NCBI RefSeq assembly: GCF_036365525.1
Contig: NC_090410.1
Coordinates: 6,895,873 to 6,959,872, forward strand
DNA: 64,000 nucleotides
Direction: 5' to 3'
From: Heterodontus francisci
Taxonomy: Eukaryota
In this document: positions 49,794 to 62,881 of the stretch, piece by piece
How positions within the stretch are numbered: the first letter of the stretch is position 1
Layout of the letters: the number at the start of each line of letters is the position of its first letter
Translations under genes and position numbers: made by a program
Notes under the pieces: model-generated
What the model was told of the DNA's origin: nothing
The model's input: only the letters and a program-made list of their open reading frames with translations
The model's database searches: none

Positions 49794-51669
49794 ACAAAGT
49801 GATTCCTGACAATGCAGCCGCCACTGATGTCATCAGGCTGCACCAAGGTGCGCACATGTGCAGATGGGCTCCTGCTCTCTGCGCGTGTGCTGCGTACTTG
49901 CCAGGACTGGTTAGCGCATGCGCCAATGATGTCATCGCGTGACGTGTGCAACTTCGGGCAACGCGCCTGGTCGGCCTCTGCACATGTGCTTTACGTGTAC
50001 AGCAATGCAATGCTAACGGGTATTCACCCACGCGTCAAGCTCCGCTCCCCCCCCCCCAACCCCCGAACCCTCGCTGCTCTCTGGTGGCTTCGCTCCCCTC
50101 CCCCCCTCGATGTTCTCCCTGGCCGCTCCGAACCCTCCCTCGCCGCTCTCTCCCCAGCCGCTCCGCCACCCTCCTCGCCGCTCTCTCCCCAGCCGCTCCG
50201 CTGACTCCCTCGCCGCTCTCTCCCCAGCTGCTCCGCTCCCTCCCTCGCCGCTCTCTCCCCAGCCGTTCCGCTCCCCCCCTCGCCGCTCTCTCCCCAGCCG
50301 CTCCGCTCCCTCCCTCACCGCTCTCTCCCCAGCTGCTCCGCTCCCCCCCTCGCCGCTCCCTCCCTCGCCGCTCTCTCCCCAGCCGCTCCGCTCCCTCCCT
50401 CGCCGCTCTATCCCCAGCTGCTCCGCTCCCTCCCTCGCCGCTCTCTCCCCAGCCGCTCCGCTACCCCCCTCACCGCTCTCTCCCCAGCCGCTCCGCTCCC
50501 TCCCTCGCCGCGCTCTCCCCAGCCACTCCGCTCCCTCCCTCGCCGCTCTCTCCCCAGCTGCTCCGCTCCCTCCCTCGCCGCTCTCTCCCCGGCCGCTCCG
50601 CTCCCTCCCTCGCTGCTCTCCCCAGCCGCTCCGCGCCCTCCCTCGCCGCGCTCTCCTCAGCTGCTCTGCTCCCTCCCTTGTCACTCTCTCCCCGGCCGCT
50701 CCGCTCCTCTCCCTCACCGCTCTCCTGAGCCGCTCTGCTCCCCACCTCGCCACTCTCTCCCCAGCCGCTCCGGTCCCCTCCTCGCCGCTCTGCTTCCCCC
50801 CTCTCCGCTCTCTCCCTGGCCGCACTGCTCTACCCCTCACCGCTCTCTCCCCGGCCGCACCGCCCCCCCCTCGCCGCTCTCTCTCCAGCCGCTCCGCTCC
50901 CCCCCTCGCCGCTCTCTCCAGCCGCTCCGCTTCCCCCCTCGCCGCTCTCTCCCCGGCCGCACCGCCCCCCCCTTCGCCACTCTCTCCTCGGCCGCTCCGC
51001 TCCCCCCCTCGCCGCTCTCTCCCCAGCCGCTCTGCTCCCCCCCTCGCCGCTCTCTCCCCGGCCGCTCCGCTCCCTCCCTTGCCGCTCTCTCCCCGGTCGC
51101 TCCAATCCCTCCCTCGCCGCTGTCCTCAGCGGCTCCGCTCCCCCTCCTCGCCGCTCTCTCCCCAGCCGCTCCGCTCCCCACCTCGCCGCTCTCTCCCCAG
51201 CCGCTCCACTCCCCACCTCGCCGCTCTCTCCCCAGCCGCTCCGCTCACGCTCCTCGCCGCTCTGTGCACAGCTGCTCTGCTCCCCACCTCGCCGCTCTCT
51301 CTATCCGCTCCGCTCCCCACCTCGCCGCTCTCTCCTCAGCCGCTCCGCTCCCCCCCTTGCCGCTGTCACCAGCCGCTCCACTCCCCCCCCTTCACTGCGC
51401 TCTCCGGCCGCTCCACTCCCACCCCGTCCTGGCCTGCTCCGCTCCGCCCGTCCCCAGCCCGCACCCCCTCCCCCCCTGTTCACTGTCCCGCTCCACTCGC
51501 TCGCTCACTCTTGCCCTCCCGCCATTGTGTGCTGCCATGTGTTTAGCTTAGGTTACCTTTGTGTGATTATTTGAGCAGCGCCATCTTTAGTCCTGGCAGC
51601 TGCCTGAAGTCGCTGACTGTGACGTTTTTGCAGCACCACCTAGTGGTAGCGTTGTCAGCAAACGCAGCC
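49794..51669. mobile_element. Non-autonomous DNA-transposon-like element carrying a GC-rich minisatellite, inserted in a Deu-SINE
   Basis: Direct repeat TTTGAAGT(A) at 49786 and 51670; subterminal inverted repeat CTGACAATGC (49806) / GCGTTGTCAG (51649); it splits one Deu-SINE in two. Confidence 0.7.
50040..51500. repeat. GC-rich ~35-bp minisatellite
   Basis: Unit ccgctccgctccctccctcgccgctctctccccag; C-rich on the plus strand. Confidence 0.92.
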
Positions 51670-52271
51670 TTTGAAGTATATTCCCTCTTATAATGTCGGA
51701 AACACAGCAGGCAATTTGCGCAAGTAAGCAAGCAACAAAGTGATAACGATCAGATAATCTCTTCCAGTGATGTTGGTTGAGGGGTAAATATTGGCCAGGA
51801 CACCGAGGAGAATCTTTGACATCCACCTGAGATGGCAGACGAGGTCTCACTTTAACGTCTCATCCAAAAGACAGCTTCTCTGACAGTGCAGCACTCCCTC
51901 AGTACCACACTGAAAGTGTCAGCTTAGACTTTTGTGCTCAAGGTTCTGGGGTGGGACTTGAGCCCAGAACCTTTTGACTCAGAGGCAAGAGTGTTGCCCA
52001 CTGAGCCTTGGCAGACATTAAGGGAATGCTTTAAAAGTATTGTACAAGAAAAGTATTGCACGCCATTACAGTGTATTGGGTTAAATGTAATTTTTCTTAT
52101 TGTGTCTCTGTACTGTGCACTCAATACAACTCAGTGATGGTCGTTCATTTTGCAAAGCGAATTTGAAAAATAAAAGTCAGTGATTTGTCGAGAGAATTAA
52201 TAAGATGATTGAGATGGCCTGAAAACAAAAGATGGTTTTTAGAGCTGTAATTTTTTAAATATTGAAAACAG

Positions 52272-52412
52272 CATCCTGATTTCTCGAGGCTGCGAAACCG
52301 AGGGAAGGAAATTCGGCTGGAATTAAATGCACTATATCATCAAGAGAGCCAGCTGGATGAATACTTCTACCTGAAAGCCTTGAAGCTACCCAACTGGACT
52401 CATCCAAGTGTG
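52272..52412 (+). CDS. SARS2: SARS2 coding exon 4
   Basis: [47 protein letters not shown]; 141 nt, AG/GT. Confidence 0.94.
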
Positions 52413-52482
52413 GTAAAAATTATTTTGTATCGTGTGTGTCTCTCTCTTTCTTTTTTCTGTCACTTCTCTGTCTCCTCTGTTC

Positions 52483-55400
52483 CCCCGTTCTCTTTTTTCC
52501 TCTCCCGTTCTCTTTTTTCCTCTCCCGTTCTCTTTTTTCCTCTCCCGTTCTCTTTTTTCCTCTCCCGTTCTCTTTTTTCCTCTCCCGTTCTCTTTTTTCC
52601 TCTCCCGTTCTCTTTTTTCCTCTCCCGTTCTCTTTTTTCCTCTCCCGTTCTCTTTTTTCCTCTCCCGTTCTCTTTTTTCCTCTCCCGTTCTCTTTTTTCC
52701 TCTCCCGTTCTCTTTTTTCCTCTCCCGTTCTCTTTTTTCCTCTCCCGTTCTCTTTTTTCCTCTCCCGTTCTCTTTTTTCCTCTCCCGTTCTCTTTTTTCC
52801 TCTCCCGTTCTCTTTTTTCCTCTCCCGTTCTCTTTTTTCCTCTCCCGTTCTCTTTTTTTGTTCCTCTCCCGTTCTCTTTTTTTCCTCTCCCGTTCTCTTT
52901 TTTTGTTCCTCTCCCGTTCTCTTTTTTTCCTCTCCCGTTCTCTTTTTTTCCTCTCCCGTTCTCTTTTTTTCCTCTCCCGTTCTCTTTTTTTCCTCTCCCG
53001 TTCTCTTTTTTTCCTCTCCCGTTCTCTTTTTTCCTCTCCCGTTCTCTTTTTTCCTCTCCCGTTCTCTTTTTTCCTCTCCCGTTCTCTTTTTTCCTCTCCC
53101 GTTCTCTTTTTTCCTCTCCCGTTCTCTTTTTTCCTCTCCCGTTCTCTTTTTTCCTCTCCCGTTCTCTTTTTTCCTCTCCCGTTCTCTTTTTTCCTCTCCC
53201 GTTCTCTTTTTTCCTCTCCCGTTCTCTTTTTTTGTTCCTCTCCCGTTCTCTTTTTTTGTTCCTCTCCCGTTCTCTTTTTTTGTTCCTCTCCCGTTCTCTT
53301 TTTTTCCTCTCCCGTTCTCTTTTTTTCCTCTCCCGTTCTCTTTTTTTCCTCTCCCGTTCTCTTTTTTTCCTCTCCCGTTCTCTTTTTTTCCTCTCCCGTT
53401 CTCTTTTTTTCCTCTCCCGTTCTCTTTTTTTCCTCTCCCGTTCTCTTTTTTTCCTCTCCCGTTCTCTTTTTTTTTTCCTCTCCCGTTCTCTTTTTTCTCC
53501 CCCTCCCGTTCTCTTTTTTTTTTCCTCTCGCGTTCTCTTTTTTTTTTCCTCTCCCGTTTTTTTTTCCCCTCCTGTTCTCTTTTTTTCCTCTCCCATTTAT
53601 TTTTTTCCTCTCCCGTTCTCGCTTTCTTTTCCTCTCCCGTTCTCGCTTTCTTTTCCTCTCCCGTTCTCTCTTTCTTTTCCTCTCCCGTTCTCTTTTTTTT
53701 TTCTCTCCCGTTCTCTTTTTTTTTTCTCTCCCGTTCTCTTTTTTTTTCTCTCCCGTTCTCTTTTTTTTTCTCTCCCGTTCTCTTTTTTTTTCTCTCCCGT
53801 TCTCTTTTTTTTTCCTCTCCCGTTCTCTTTTTTTTTCCTCTCCCGGTCTCTCTTTTTTTTCCTCTCCCGTTCTCTTTTTTTCCTCTCCCGTTCTCTTTTT
53901 TTCCTCTCCCGTTCTCTTTTTTTGTTCCTCTCCCGTTCTCTTTTTTTGTTCCTCTCCCGTTCTCTTTTTTTGTTCCTCTCCCGTTCTCTTTTTTTGTTCC
54001 TCTCCCGTTCTCTTTTTTTGTTCCTCTCCCGTTCTCTTTTTTTGTTCCTCTCCCGTTCTCTTTTTTTGTTCCTCTCCCGTTCTCTTTTTTTGTTCCTCTC
54101 CCGTTCTCTTTTTTTGTTCCTCTCCCGTTCTCTTTTTTTGTTCCTCTCCCGTTCTCTTTTTTTGTTCCTCTCCCGTTCTCTTTTTTTGTTCCTCTCCCGT
54201 TCTCTTTTTTTGTTCCTCTCCCGTTCTCTTTTTTTGTTCCTCTCCCGTTCTCTTTTTTTGTTCCTCTCCCGTTCTCTTTTTTTGTTCCTCTCCCGTTCTC
54301 TTTTTTTGTTCCTCTCCCGTTCTCTTTTTTTGTTCCTCTCCCGTTCTCTTTTTTTGTTCCTCTCCCGTTCTCTTTTTTTGTTCCTCTCCCGTTCTCTTTT
54401 TTTGTTCCTCTCCCGTTCTCTTTTTTTGTTCCTCTCCCGTTCTCTTTTTTTGTTCCTCTCCCGTTCTCTTTTTTTGTTCCTCTCCCGTTCTCTTTTTTTG
54501 TTCCTCTCCCGTTCTCTTTTTTTGTTCCTCTCCCGTTCTCTTTTTTTGTTCCTCTCCCGTTCTCTTTTTTTGTTCCTCTCCCGTTCTCTTTTTTTCCTCT
54601 CCCGTTCTCTTTTTTTCCTCTCCCGTTCTCTTTTTTTCCTCTCCCGTTCTCTTTTTTTCCTCTCCCGTTCTCTTTTTATTTTCCCTCTCCCGTTCTCTTT
54701 TTATTTTCCCTCTCCCGTTCTCTTTTTTTTTTCCCTCTCCCGTTCTCTTTTTTTTTTCCCTCTCCCGTTCTCTTTTTTTTTCCCTCTCCCGTTCTCTTTT
54801 TTTTTCCCTCTCCCGTTCTCTTTTTTTTTCCCTCTCCCGTTCTCTTTTTTTTTTCCTCTCACGTTCTCTTTTTTTTTTCCTCTCCCGTTTTTTTTTCCCC
54901 TCCCGTTTATTTTTTTCCTCTCCCGTTCTCGCTTTCTTTTCCTCTCCCGTTCTCGCTTTCTTTTCCTCTCCCGTTCTCTCTTTCTTTTCCTCTCCCGTTC
55001 TCTCTTTCTTTTCCTCTCCCGTTCTCTTTTTTTTTTCCCTCTCCCGTTCTCTTTTTTTTTCCCTCTCCCGTTCTCTTTTTTTTTCCCTCTCCCGTTCTCT
55101 TTTTTTTTTCCTCTCCCGTTCTCTTTTTTTTTCCCTCTCCCGTTCTCTTTTTTTTTCCCTCTCCCGTTCTCTTTTTTTTTCCCTCTCCCGTTCTCTTTTT
55201 TTTTTCCTCTCCCGTTCTCTTTTTTCTCCCCCTCCCGTTCTCTTTTTTTTTTCCTCTCGCGTTCTCTTTTTTTTTTCCTCTCCCGTTTTTTTTTCCCCTC
55301 CTGTTCTCTTTTTTTCCTCTCCCATTTATTTTTTTCCTCTCCCGTTCTCGCTTTCTTTTCCTCTCCCGTTCTCGCTTTCTTTTCCTCTCCCGTTCTCTCT

Positions 55401-55600
55401 TTCTTTTCCTCTCCCGTTCTCTTTTTTTTTTCTCTCCCGTTCTCTTTTTTTTTTCTCTCCCGTTCTCTTTTTTTTTTCTCTCCCGTTCTCTTTTTTTTTC
55501 CTCTCCCGTTCTCTTTTTTTTTCCTCTCCCGGTCTCTCTTTTTTTTCCTCTCCCGGTCTCTCTTTTTTTTCCTCTCCCGGTCTCTTTTTTTTTCCTCTCT
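52483..55600. repeat. ~3.1-kb pyrimidine-rich satellite (20/21/24-bp units) in SARS2 intron 4
   Basis: Units tctcccgttctcttttttcc and tctcccgttctctttttttgttcc; almost no A on the plus strand. Confidence 0.97.
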
Positions 55601-56581
55601 CTTTTCTCCTCTCTCTTTCCCCCCTTATTTCTATCATTTTCTCTTTTTTTTCCCTCTATCTCAAATCTGTGATTTTATTTTAATTTTAAGCATCCCCCAG
55701 TTTTAATCGTTCCACCATTGGCGGCTGTGCCTTCAGCTGCCTGGGTCTTAAGCTCTGGAATTCCCTACCTAAATCTCTCCACTTCTCTCTCCTCCTTTAA
55801 GCCACTCCTTAACACCTCCCTCTTTGATCAAGCTTTTGGTCACATGTCCTAATATCTGCTTATGTGGCTCAGTGTCAAAAATGTTTTCATTGGCATCGGT
55901 CTTGTTAAGCGCCTTGAAACATTTTGCTACATTTAAGGTGCTATATAAATGCAAGTTGTTATTGATTTTCTCCGTCTTCTCTCTCCCTCCCTTTTCTCCA
56001 TCTCTGACTCTATGTTTGTGTCTCGCTCTCTTGGTTTAATCCACGAGCATCTATGGTGGTGAACGATCTCTGCCCTGTCGTTAGGTATGGCCCTCTTGTA
56101 TTCTTGCCGCCTTAGGAGTTCTCACCCTGCATGCCTCTTTTCCTCTGTAAACTTGCAATTAGTATCATTAAACCCCTTTGATTCTGTTCTGTCTGATTAC
56201 CAAGGTTGGGACTGCAAACAAAGGCCACCCACTGCCCTGCGTTCCCTATCAGTTGGGATGGTGGCGTATTCTGGGATATAAGTCCTGCAAAGGACACTCT
56301 TTTGCACAACAGGCACATGGGTGCGAGTGACCTTGCCCCATTCCTCCCGTCTGAGATTTCCACAGGTACCAAATCCTGTCATGAACATATTATTGGGAGA
56401 CTGCAATTACTTGAAATTGACTTCAGCATTTGACATTGATCCCTCTGATCCAGTCCAACACTCCTTCGCCAAACCACAGGAAGCCCACTTTGTCTCTTGG
56501 GCGACACACTAAATCCATCCCAATTATCATCAGCCCCTGGTCTAGTTCACATTGGTTTAACTGTTCTCTTTTTCTTTGTAG

Positions 56582-56636
56582 CCCATAGGTGATGAAAGTC
56601 AGGCTCATGTGGTTGAAACAGTTGGTGATAAACCAG
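56582..56636 (+). CDS. SARS2: SARS2 coding exon 5
   Basis: PIGDESQAHVVETVGDKP; 55 nt, AG/GT. Confidence 0.95.
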
Positions 56637-56689
56637 GTGAGAATCCTTAGTTAGCAATAGTCACAGTATACAGAATCTACACAACAAAT

Positions 56690-57668
56690 ATGTAATGAGT
56701 GCTGGAGCCTCAACATTTTACAATTTATATAAATGATTTAGATGAAGGGACCGAAGGTAAAGTTGCTAAATTTGCTGATGACACAAAAATAGTTAGGAAA
56801 GTAAGTTGTGAAGAGGACATAAGGAGGCTATAAAGGGATATAGATAGGTTAAGTGAGTGGGCAAGAGTCTGGCAAATGGAGTATAATGTGGGAAAATGCA
56901 AAATTGTCTATTTTGGCAAGAAGAATAAAAAAGAAGTATATTATCTAAATGGTGAGAGATTGCACAGCTCTGAGATGCAGAGGGATCTGGGTGTCCTAGG
57001 TACAACAAGTAATTAGGAAAGCTAATAGAATGTTATCATCTATTGCGAGGGATATTGAATACAAAAGTAGGGAGGTTATGCTTCAGCTATACCGAGCCTG
57101 GGTGAGACCACATCTGGAGTACTGTGTACAGTATTGGTCTCCTTATTTAAGGAAGAATGTAAATGGCTGGAAGCAGTTCAGAGAAGGTTTACTAGACTAA
57201 TACCTGGGATGGGCGGGTTGTCTTATAAAGAAAGGTTGGACAGGCTAGGCTTGTATCCGCTGGAGTTTAGAAGAGTTCGAGGTGATTTGATTGAAACACG
57301 TAAAATTCTGAGGGGTCTGGACAGGGTGTGGAAAGGATGTTTCCTCTTGTGGGAGAATTTAGAACTAGGGGTCACTGTTTAAAAATAAGGGGTCGCCCAT
57401 TTAAGACAGAGATGAGGAGAATTTTTTTCTCTCTGAGCGTCGTGAGTCTTTGGAATTCTCTTCCTCGAAAGGCAGTGGAAGCAGAGTCTTTGAATATTTT
57501 TAAGGCAGAAGTAGATAGATTCTTGATAAGCAAGGGGGTCAAAGGTTATTGGGGGTAGGTGGGAATGTGGAGTTGAGGTTACAATCAGATCAGCCATGAT
57601 CTTATTGAACAGTGAAGCAGGCTCAAGGGGCCGAGTGGCCTCCTCCTGCTCCTAATTTGTATGTTTGT
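56690..57668 (+). mobile_element. CR1-clade LINE fragment
   Basis: KFADDTK, WQMEYNVGKC and VQRRFTRLIPG motifs; CR1 3' tail. Confidence 0.85.
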
Positions 57669-57669
57669 A

Positions 57670-58200
57670 ATAACAACAGCGTGCATTTACTTATCACCTT
57701 TAGTGTAGTAAAATGTCCCAAGGTGCTTTGCACAAGCCACATCAGGAGATATTGGGACAGGTGACCAAAAGCTTGGTCAAAGAGGTAGGTTTTAAAGAGC
57801 ATGTTAAAAGAAGCTGGAGAGGTTTGGGGAGGGAATTCCAGTGCTTAGGGCTTAGGCAGCCGAGAATGGTGGAGCTTTTGAAATCGGGGATGCTCAAGAG
57901 GCCAGAACTGGAGAGATATCAGAGGGTTGTGGGGCTGGAAGAGATTAGAGAGATATTGAGCGGTGAGGCCCTGGAGGATTTGTAAACAGATGAAAAATTT
58001 TAAATAGAGATGTTGCTTAACTAGCAGCCAATGTTGGTCAGTGGGAGTGATAGGTGAACGGGACTCGGTGCGAGTTAGGAACCGGACAATAGAATTTTGA
58101 ATGACTTCAAGTTTACGGAGGGTAGCACTTGGGAGGCCGACTAGGAGTGTGTTGGAATAGTCAAGTCTAGAGGTAACACGGGCATGGATGAGAATTTCAA
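57670..58200 (-). mobile_element. L2-clade LINE 3' fragment
   Basis: ctctggaattccctccc / gcttttggtcacctgtcc motifs. Related fragments lie at ~18545-18905, 22640-23010, 42495-43070, 45810-46530 and 55690-55960. Confidence 0.65.
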
Positions 58201-58449
58201 GCTATTTTGTTCTCTTTATTCTTGGTGCTTCTGACCTCGAGCCTGAAATTTCTAAAAATGTTATTGATTCTCAACAGTTTACAAGCAGTACAAGTACCCA
58301 GATGTCCACAAAGTGTATTTAAGTGGTAGCCTTAAAGGGACTGAAATCCAAAATGCTGGGGAGGTCAGCCAGTGCTGTAAAAGCCTTTGGTTTTAATTTG
58401 TGTCTGAAAGCTCACAAGTCTGCTGACCCTTTTCTTCTTTATCTTCTAG

Positions 58450-58513
58450 TGTTTGGCTTTAAACCCAAGGGCCACTTGCAAATTGGTGAAGACTTGGACA
58501 TAATTAGACAGCG
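58450..58513 (+). CDS. SARS2: SARS2 coding exon 6
   Basis: (V)FGFKPKGHLQIGEDLDIIRQ(R); 64 nt, AG/GT. Confidence 0.95.
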
Positions 58514-59469
58514 GTAAGATGAGATGTGTTCAAATCAGTCAGTGGACACATCGAAACTTTCTTTCTTTAGGTGAAATTTTCAGTGGATTGACTGAATATT
58601 AAAGACGGGACAATAATTGATATGCAGTTACTTGGGATTTTACACAATGGGAATGAATGGAAAGGCGGTTAATCCATTGGGATTTTACACATTGGAAGTA
58701 AATGAGATTGCCCCATTGAAATTCCAAATGGTAAAATTGGAAGAGATCTGATCCCTGATCCACTGGAGTTCTATCCCGTTTGATTCCTGAATCCTGAAAT
58801 TGGGTTTTAAGTTGCCGTTGATTCCAAACTCTCATTGTCCTCTTTTGTATGATATTTTGACATCAAACTTACATATTACCAACTGAGATCTGAATGGAGA
58901 CCTGGCTGGGATTTAAAAGATTAAACCAAGAACGATGGCAGTAAAAGTAGCAGTTGTGAAACGTTAGTTGTTTCTCTTTCGAGATGTCGGTGACCCTGCC
59001 GTTCTTCTCCAGCATGTTTCTGGACCTTGGTTTGTACAGGTCTGTTTTGCATCAGGCAAGACAAAGGCCAATGAAACCCTTGGGGAACTGGCATTCACTT
59101 TGATGAACAAGATATTGACCCTTTGATTAACCAATCTCCTGTAGCATTGCTCACAAGCACTCCAGAGCACGGTTCTTATATTTAACTGCCAACCTGCCCT
59201 GTGCCTTTCGGGCCACTGCAAAGGCACACCATGGCAATCAGAGCTACTAATAACCTTGCTAAGGCCCATCAGAGGGTCAGCTGTAATTGCCTGAAGATTT
59301 CATGCTGCACTACAGTTGCATTTTACGGTCATTGTTTTGTATCTATAGGAAAGTTTGGAGTGTGGTGGATGCAAGACATTTTCCCCAGTAAGTTGCCTCC
59401 GGTCTTGCCCAGGGTCAGTTGATGAATGTAAGACTTATTTTAATGTACTAGATGGTGCAAGTTAAAAGG

Positions 59470-59905
59470 AAAAAAGGCTTGCATTTATATAGTGCCTTTT
59501 ATGACCACAGGATGCCCCAAAGTGCTTTACAGCCAGTGGAGTACTTTTAAAGTGTAGCTACTGTTGTAATGTAGGAAATGCGGCAGACAATTTGTGCACA
59601 GCACAATCAGCAATGTGATAATGACCAGATGGTTTTGTGATGTTGATTGACCAATAAATATTGGCCAGGAAAATGGTGAGAACTCCCCCTGCTCTTTTTC
59701 AAAATAGTGCCGTGGGATCTTTTACATCCACCTGAGAAGGCATGATGGGGCCTTGGTTTAACGTCTGGTCCGAAAGATGGCATCTCCGACAGTGCAGCAC
59801 TCCCTCAGTACTGCAATAAAGTGAGTTTTGTGCTCAAGTATGGGACGTGAACCCACAACCTTTTGGATTCAGAGGCAAGAGCACAACTGGCTGAGCCACA
59901 GCTGC
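59470..59905 (-). mobile_element. Deu-domain SINE
   Basis: Near full length, with Deu core. Confidence 0.75.
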
Positions 59906-62881
59906 CACGAAGTTAGGAGACTTCAGAACCTCACTTCACATTGGCACCTTCTGGCTAAAGCCCACGACTGCATTGTTGCAGGCAGCTATTTACATACAAG
60001 ATTTCTTCACTAATGTTGAATGTTGACCAAAAAAACTATTCCTTTAATGTACGCTGAATTTCTTTTGAACAGTGTTCTGTGCAAATGTAGTTCTCCTTTA
60101 ATTGTGTTATTGTTGATGCCAGCTGGCTAGTTCATTTGACAACATAACAGGCACTCCATTTGAAATGGGATTCATTGCTTTCAGATGTGCTGACAGAGTA
60201 ACAAAGGGCTATGTAAATGAAAATCTTTCTTGCTTTTCAGTTGAAATGGACTTATGAAGTTATGTCACAGTTTTTACCTAATATGCATCCAAGGTTATCT
60301 CTCTTTAAAGGAGTCCAGCCCTTGCAGAGGTTTTAGTCTTTGAAGGCTGATTTTTTTCAAAAAAACACCCACTCAGGCATTGCTAGACAAATGAAGCAAT
60401 TAGTCTCCAGCTGTTTAATGCATCCTAAATGCTTGTCATTTAAATATCTTGCAGCCTCCCTGGAGATTCAGTCACTAATCACACACAAGCAACCTATGAA
60501 TTTAATTAGACCTCAGCGCAAGTGTTTGAAGTGGGTGTAACTCATCAATTCCAGTGTTAGGAGGGCACAATAGAAAGCTGCCGGACTCACCAACTCCGCA
60601 ATGAAAGACTTCCATTATTTTCCTAATTATCTCCCTTCTTCGCATGCCCCCCCACCCCAGGTGGGATCTTACTTTGCGCGAGGGCATAATTTTTCAGGTG
60701 GTAGTCACGCTGCTCATTCTCCATGTATGCCTGCAGATAGTCAAGTTCCAAATGGCATCATCTATGAAACGCATCATAGATAGGCCTGATCCTGCCCTCA
60801 CCTGAAATCCCTTGGCTGGAGGTTAGAGAAGGGCAAACCGAGCAAAGAATGAGGTGTATTTGTCTCTTTGAAGCAAAGTCACTGTTGTAATGTAGGAAAC
60901 AGGGCAGCCAATTTGTGCACAGCAAGCTCCCACAGACAGCAGTGTGATAATGTCTAGATAATATGTTTTAGTGATGTAGAACTGAAGGTTAAATATTGGC
61001 CTAAGACACCAGGAAGTACATCCCAAGGGAGGAGAATGGATTCAGCCAGGACTCCTATTGATTGTCATCCAGCCATTCCGGCTGGCAAGTCCCAGTGTGT
61101 CAAATGTGGATGTGGATCGGATTGCGGCATGCTGGAACCCTGTCTAATTTAACCCGCACTACTAACCCTAATAAGAACATAAGAAATAGGAGCGGGAGTT
61201 GGGCAGTTTGCTCCTCGAGCCTGCTACGCCATTCAGTAAGATCATGGCTGATCTACTTCAACTGCACCTTCCTGCACTATCTCCAAATCTTTGAATATCC
61301 TTAGTACCCAAAAATCTATCAATCTCCGTCTTGAATATACCCAACGACTGAGCATCCACAGCCCTCTGGAGTAGAGAGTTCCCAAGATTCACAACCCTCT
61401 GAGTGAAGAAATTTCTCCTCGTCTCAGTCCTAAAATGCCAACCCCTTATTCTGAGACTGTGACCCCCTAGTCCTGTTTGTGTTCTGGGCATAACATTTTA
61501 ATCTCAAAGTCAAATTACATGTGGGCACCACTGCCTGTTCTAACATGAACAGTGCCTGCTAGTAAGTGCTTTTCTGGTAATGAGTGTCTCTCGTAGGCAT
61601 TGTATTGTTTGAACTCCTCTTGCTGTCTTCCCATCGATTGTCAAACAGAGAGGAGAATGAAATGGAACCCCTGCGGCTCACTCGCATGCATTGTTGACGC
61701 TTCTACCAGTCTCACTGACAGCTCTGTCCCTCGTTCCCACTCCTCACCATCTGTCTGCAGTTGACAATGACACACAATTTAAAGTGTTGTAATAGCAGCT
61801 CGTTCAGAGGCCGGGTTGCGGTTTTCCACAGGGGTCGAGGTGTTTCAGTGACATTTTTTTTTTACACGAATCTCTTGCTCTTCAGACCAAAAGGAAAAGC
61901 CTCGGAGCAGTTTCCTAATGCAACAGCTAATAAGTTTGCTGCACTTTAGTGCAAAGGCGTCTTGGGTCTAACTAGAGGCAGTCACAAGGTGGCACTGTCT
62001 CCTCCTCCTATCGTGCCTCAGTGTTATTGCCTTTTCCTAAAGGTGCTGGAGACTGATTCCATGGGCACCATGTGTCTGCTGACACTTCACCCTTACCTGT
62101 CCCCGAGTTGCCACTCTTCATGCACTGACTGTCAGGCTATTCGCCTGTGGAGGCCATCACAGCCAATTCTAGTCAGTCATCACCAGATGTGCACAGAACC
62201 CCGCGGGGTGGTCAATAGATGTCAGGAGGGCGGCTTTGTTTATTTTTTGGCTTGGGCTATGGCCAGCTGTGTGCACCTCGAGTGCCTTTGCAGCTGAATT
62301 CAGCAATACCCTGCGAACAAACCTGGGACCACCTTGGATGTGTATCGCTGGTGGGAGCATTTGTGCCATCTGCAGCTTTCGTGTAGCTCCACAGGAACAG
62401 GAGGAGGCCATTCAGCCCCTTCAAGCCTGCTTAGCCATTTAGTTAGAACATGGCTGATCTCTATCTTAACTCCATTCATCTGCCGTTCTTCTGTAACCCT
62501 TAATACTCCTACCCAACAAAACTCTATCATCTCAGTCTTAAAATTTTCAATTGAACCCCCCCTCTTACCCCCCCCCCCCCGCCCCCCAGCCTCAACAGCT
62601 TGTTGGAGGAGAGAGTTCCAGTTTTCCATTACCCTTCGTGTGAAGAAGTGCTTCCTGACATCACCCCTGAACAGCCTAGCTCTAAGTTAAAGGTTCTGCC
62701 CACCACCCCCCCCCCCCCCCCACTTTACCCTGGACACCCCCGAACAGAGGAATAGTTTCTTTGTACTTACCCTATCAAATATCACCTTAAATTCCTCCGT
62801 TAGATCACACCTTCAAAGGTTGGTTAAAAATAAATGTTTTTAAACGTTAAGCTAAATCTATCTGCTTTTGCTTTTTGCTAG

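Noticed and set aside
49946-51551. Pro/Arg/Ser-rich ORFs of 260-478 aa
   Set aside because: Translations of the GC minisatellite in multiple frames and on both strands.
52380-55706. Several ~1000-aa ORFs (F/S/L/P-rich on plus; R/E/K-rich on minus)
   Set aside because: Stop-free only because the satellite lacks A on the plus strand. The frames are open in parallel and lie in a SARS2 intron; only the first few codons are real (exon 4 end).
58633-58690. Direct repeat TTGGGATTTTACACA x2
   Set aside because: Only two copies with no further structure; a likely local duplication.
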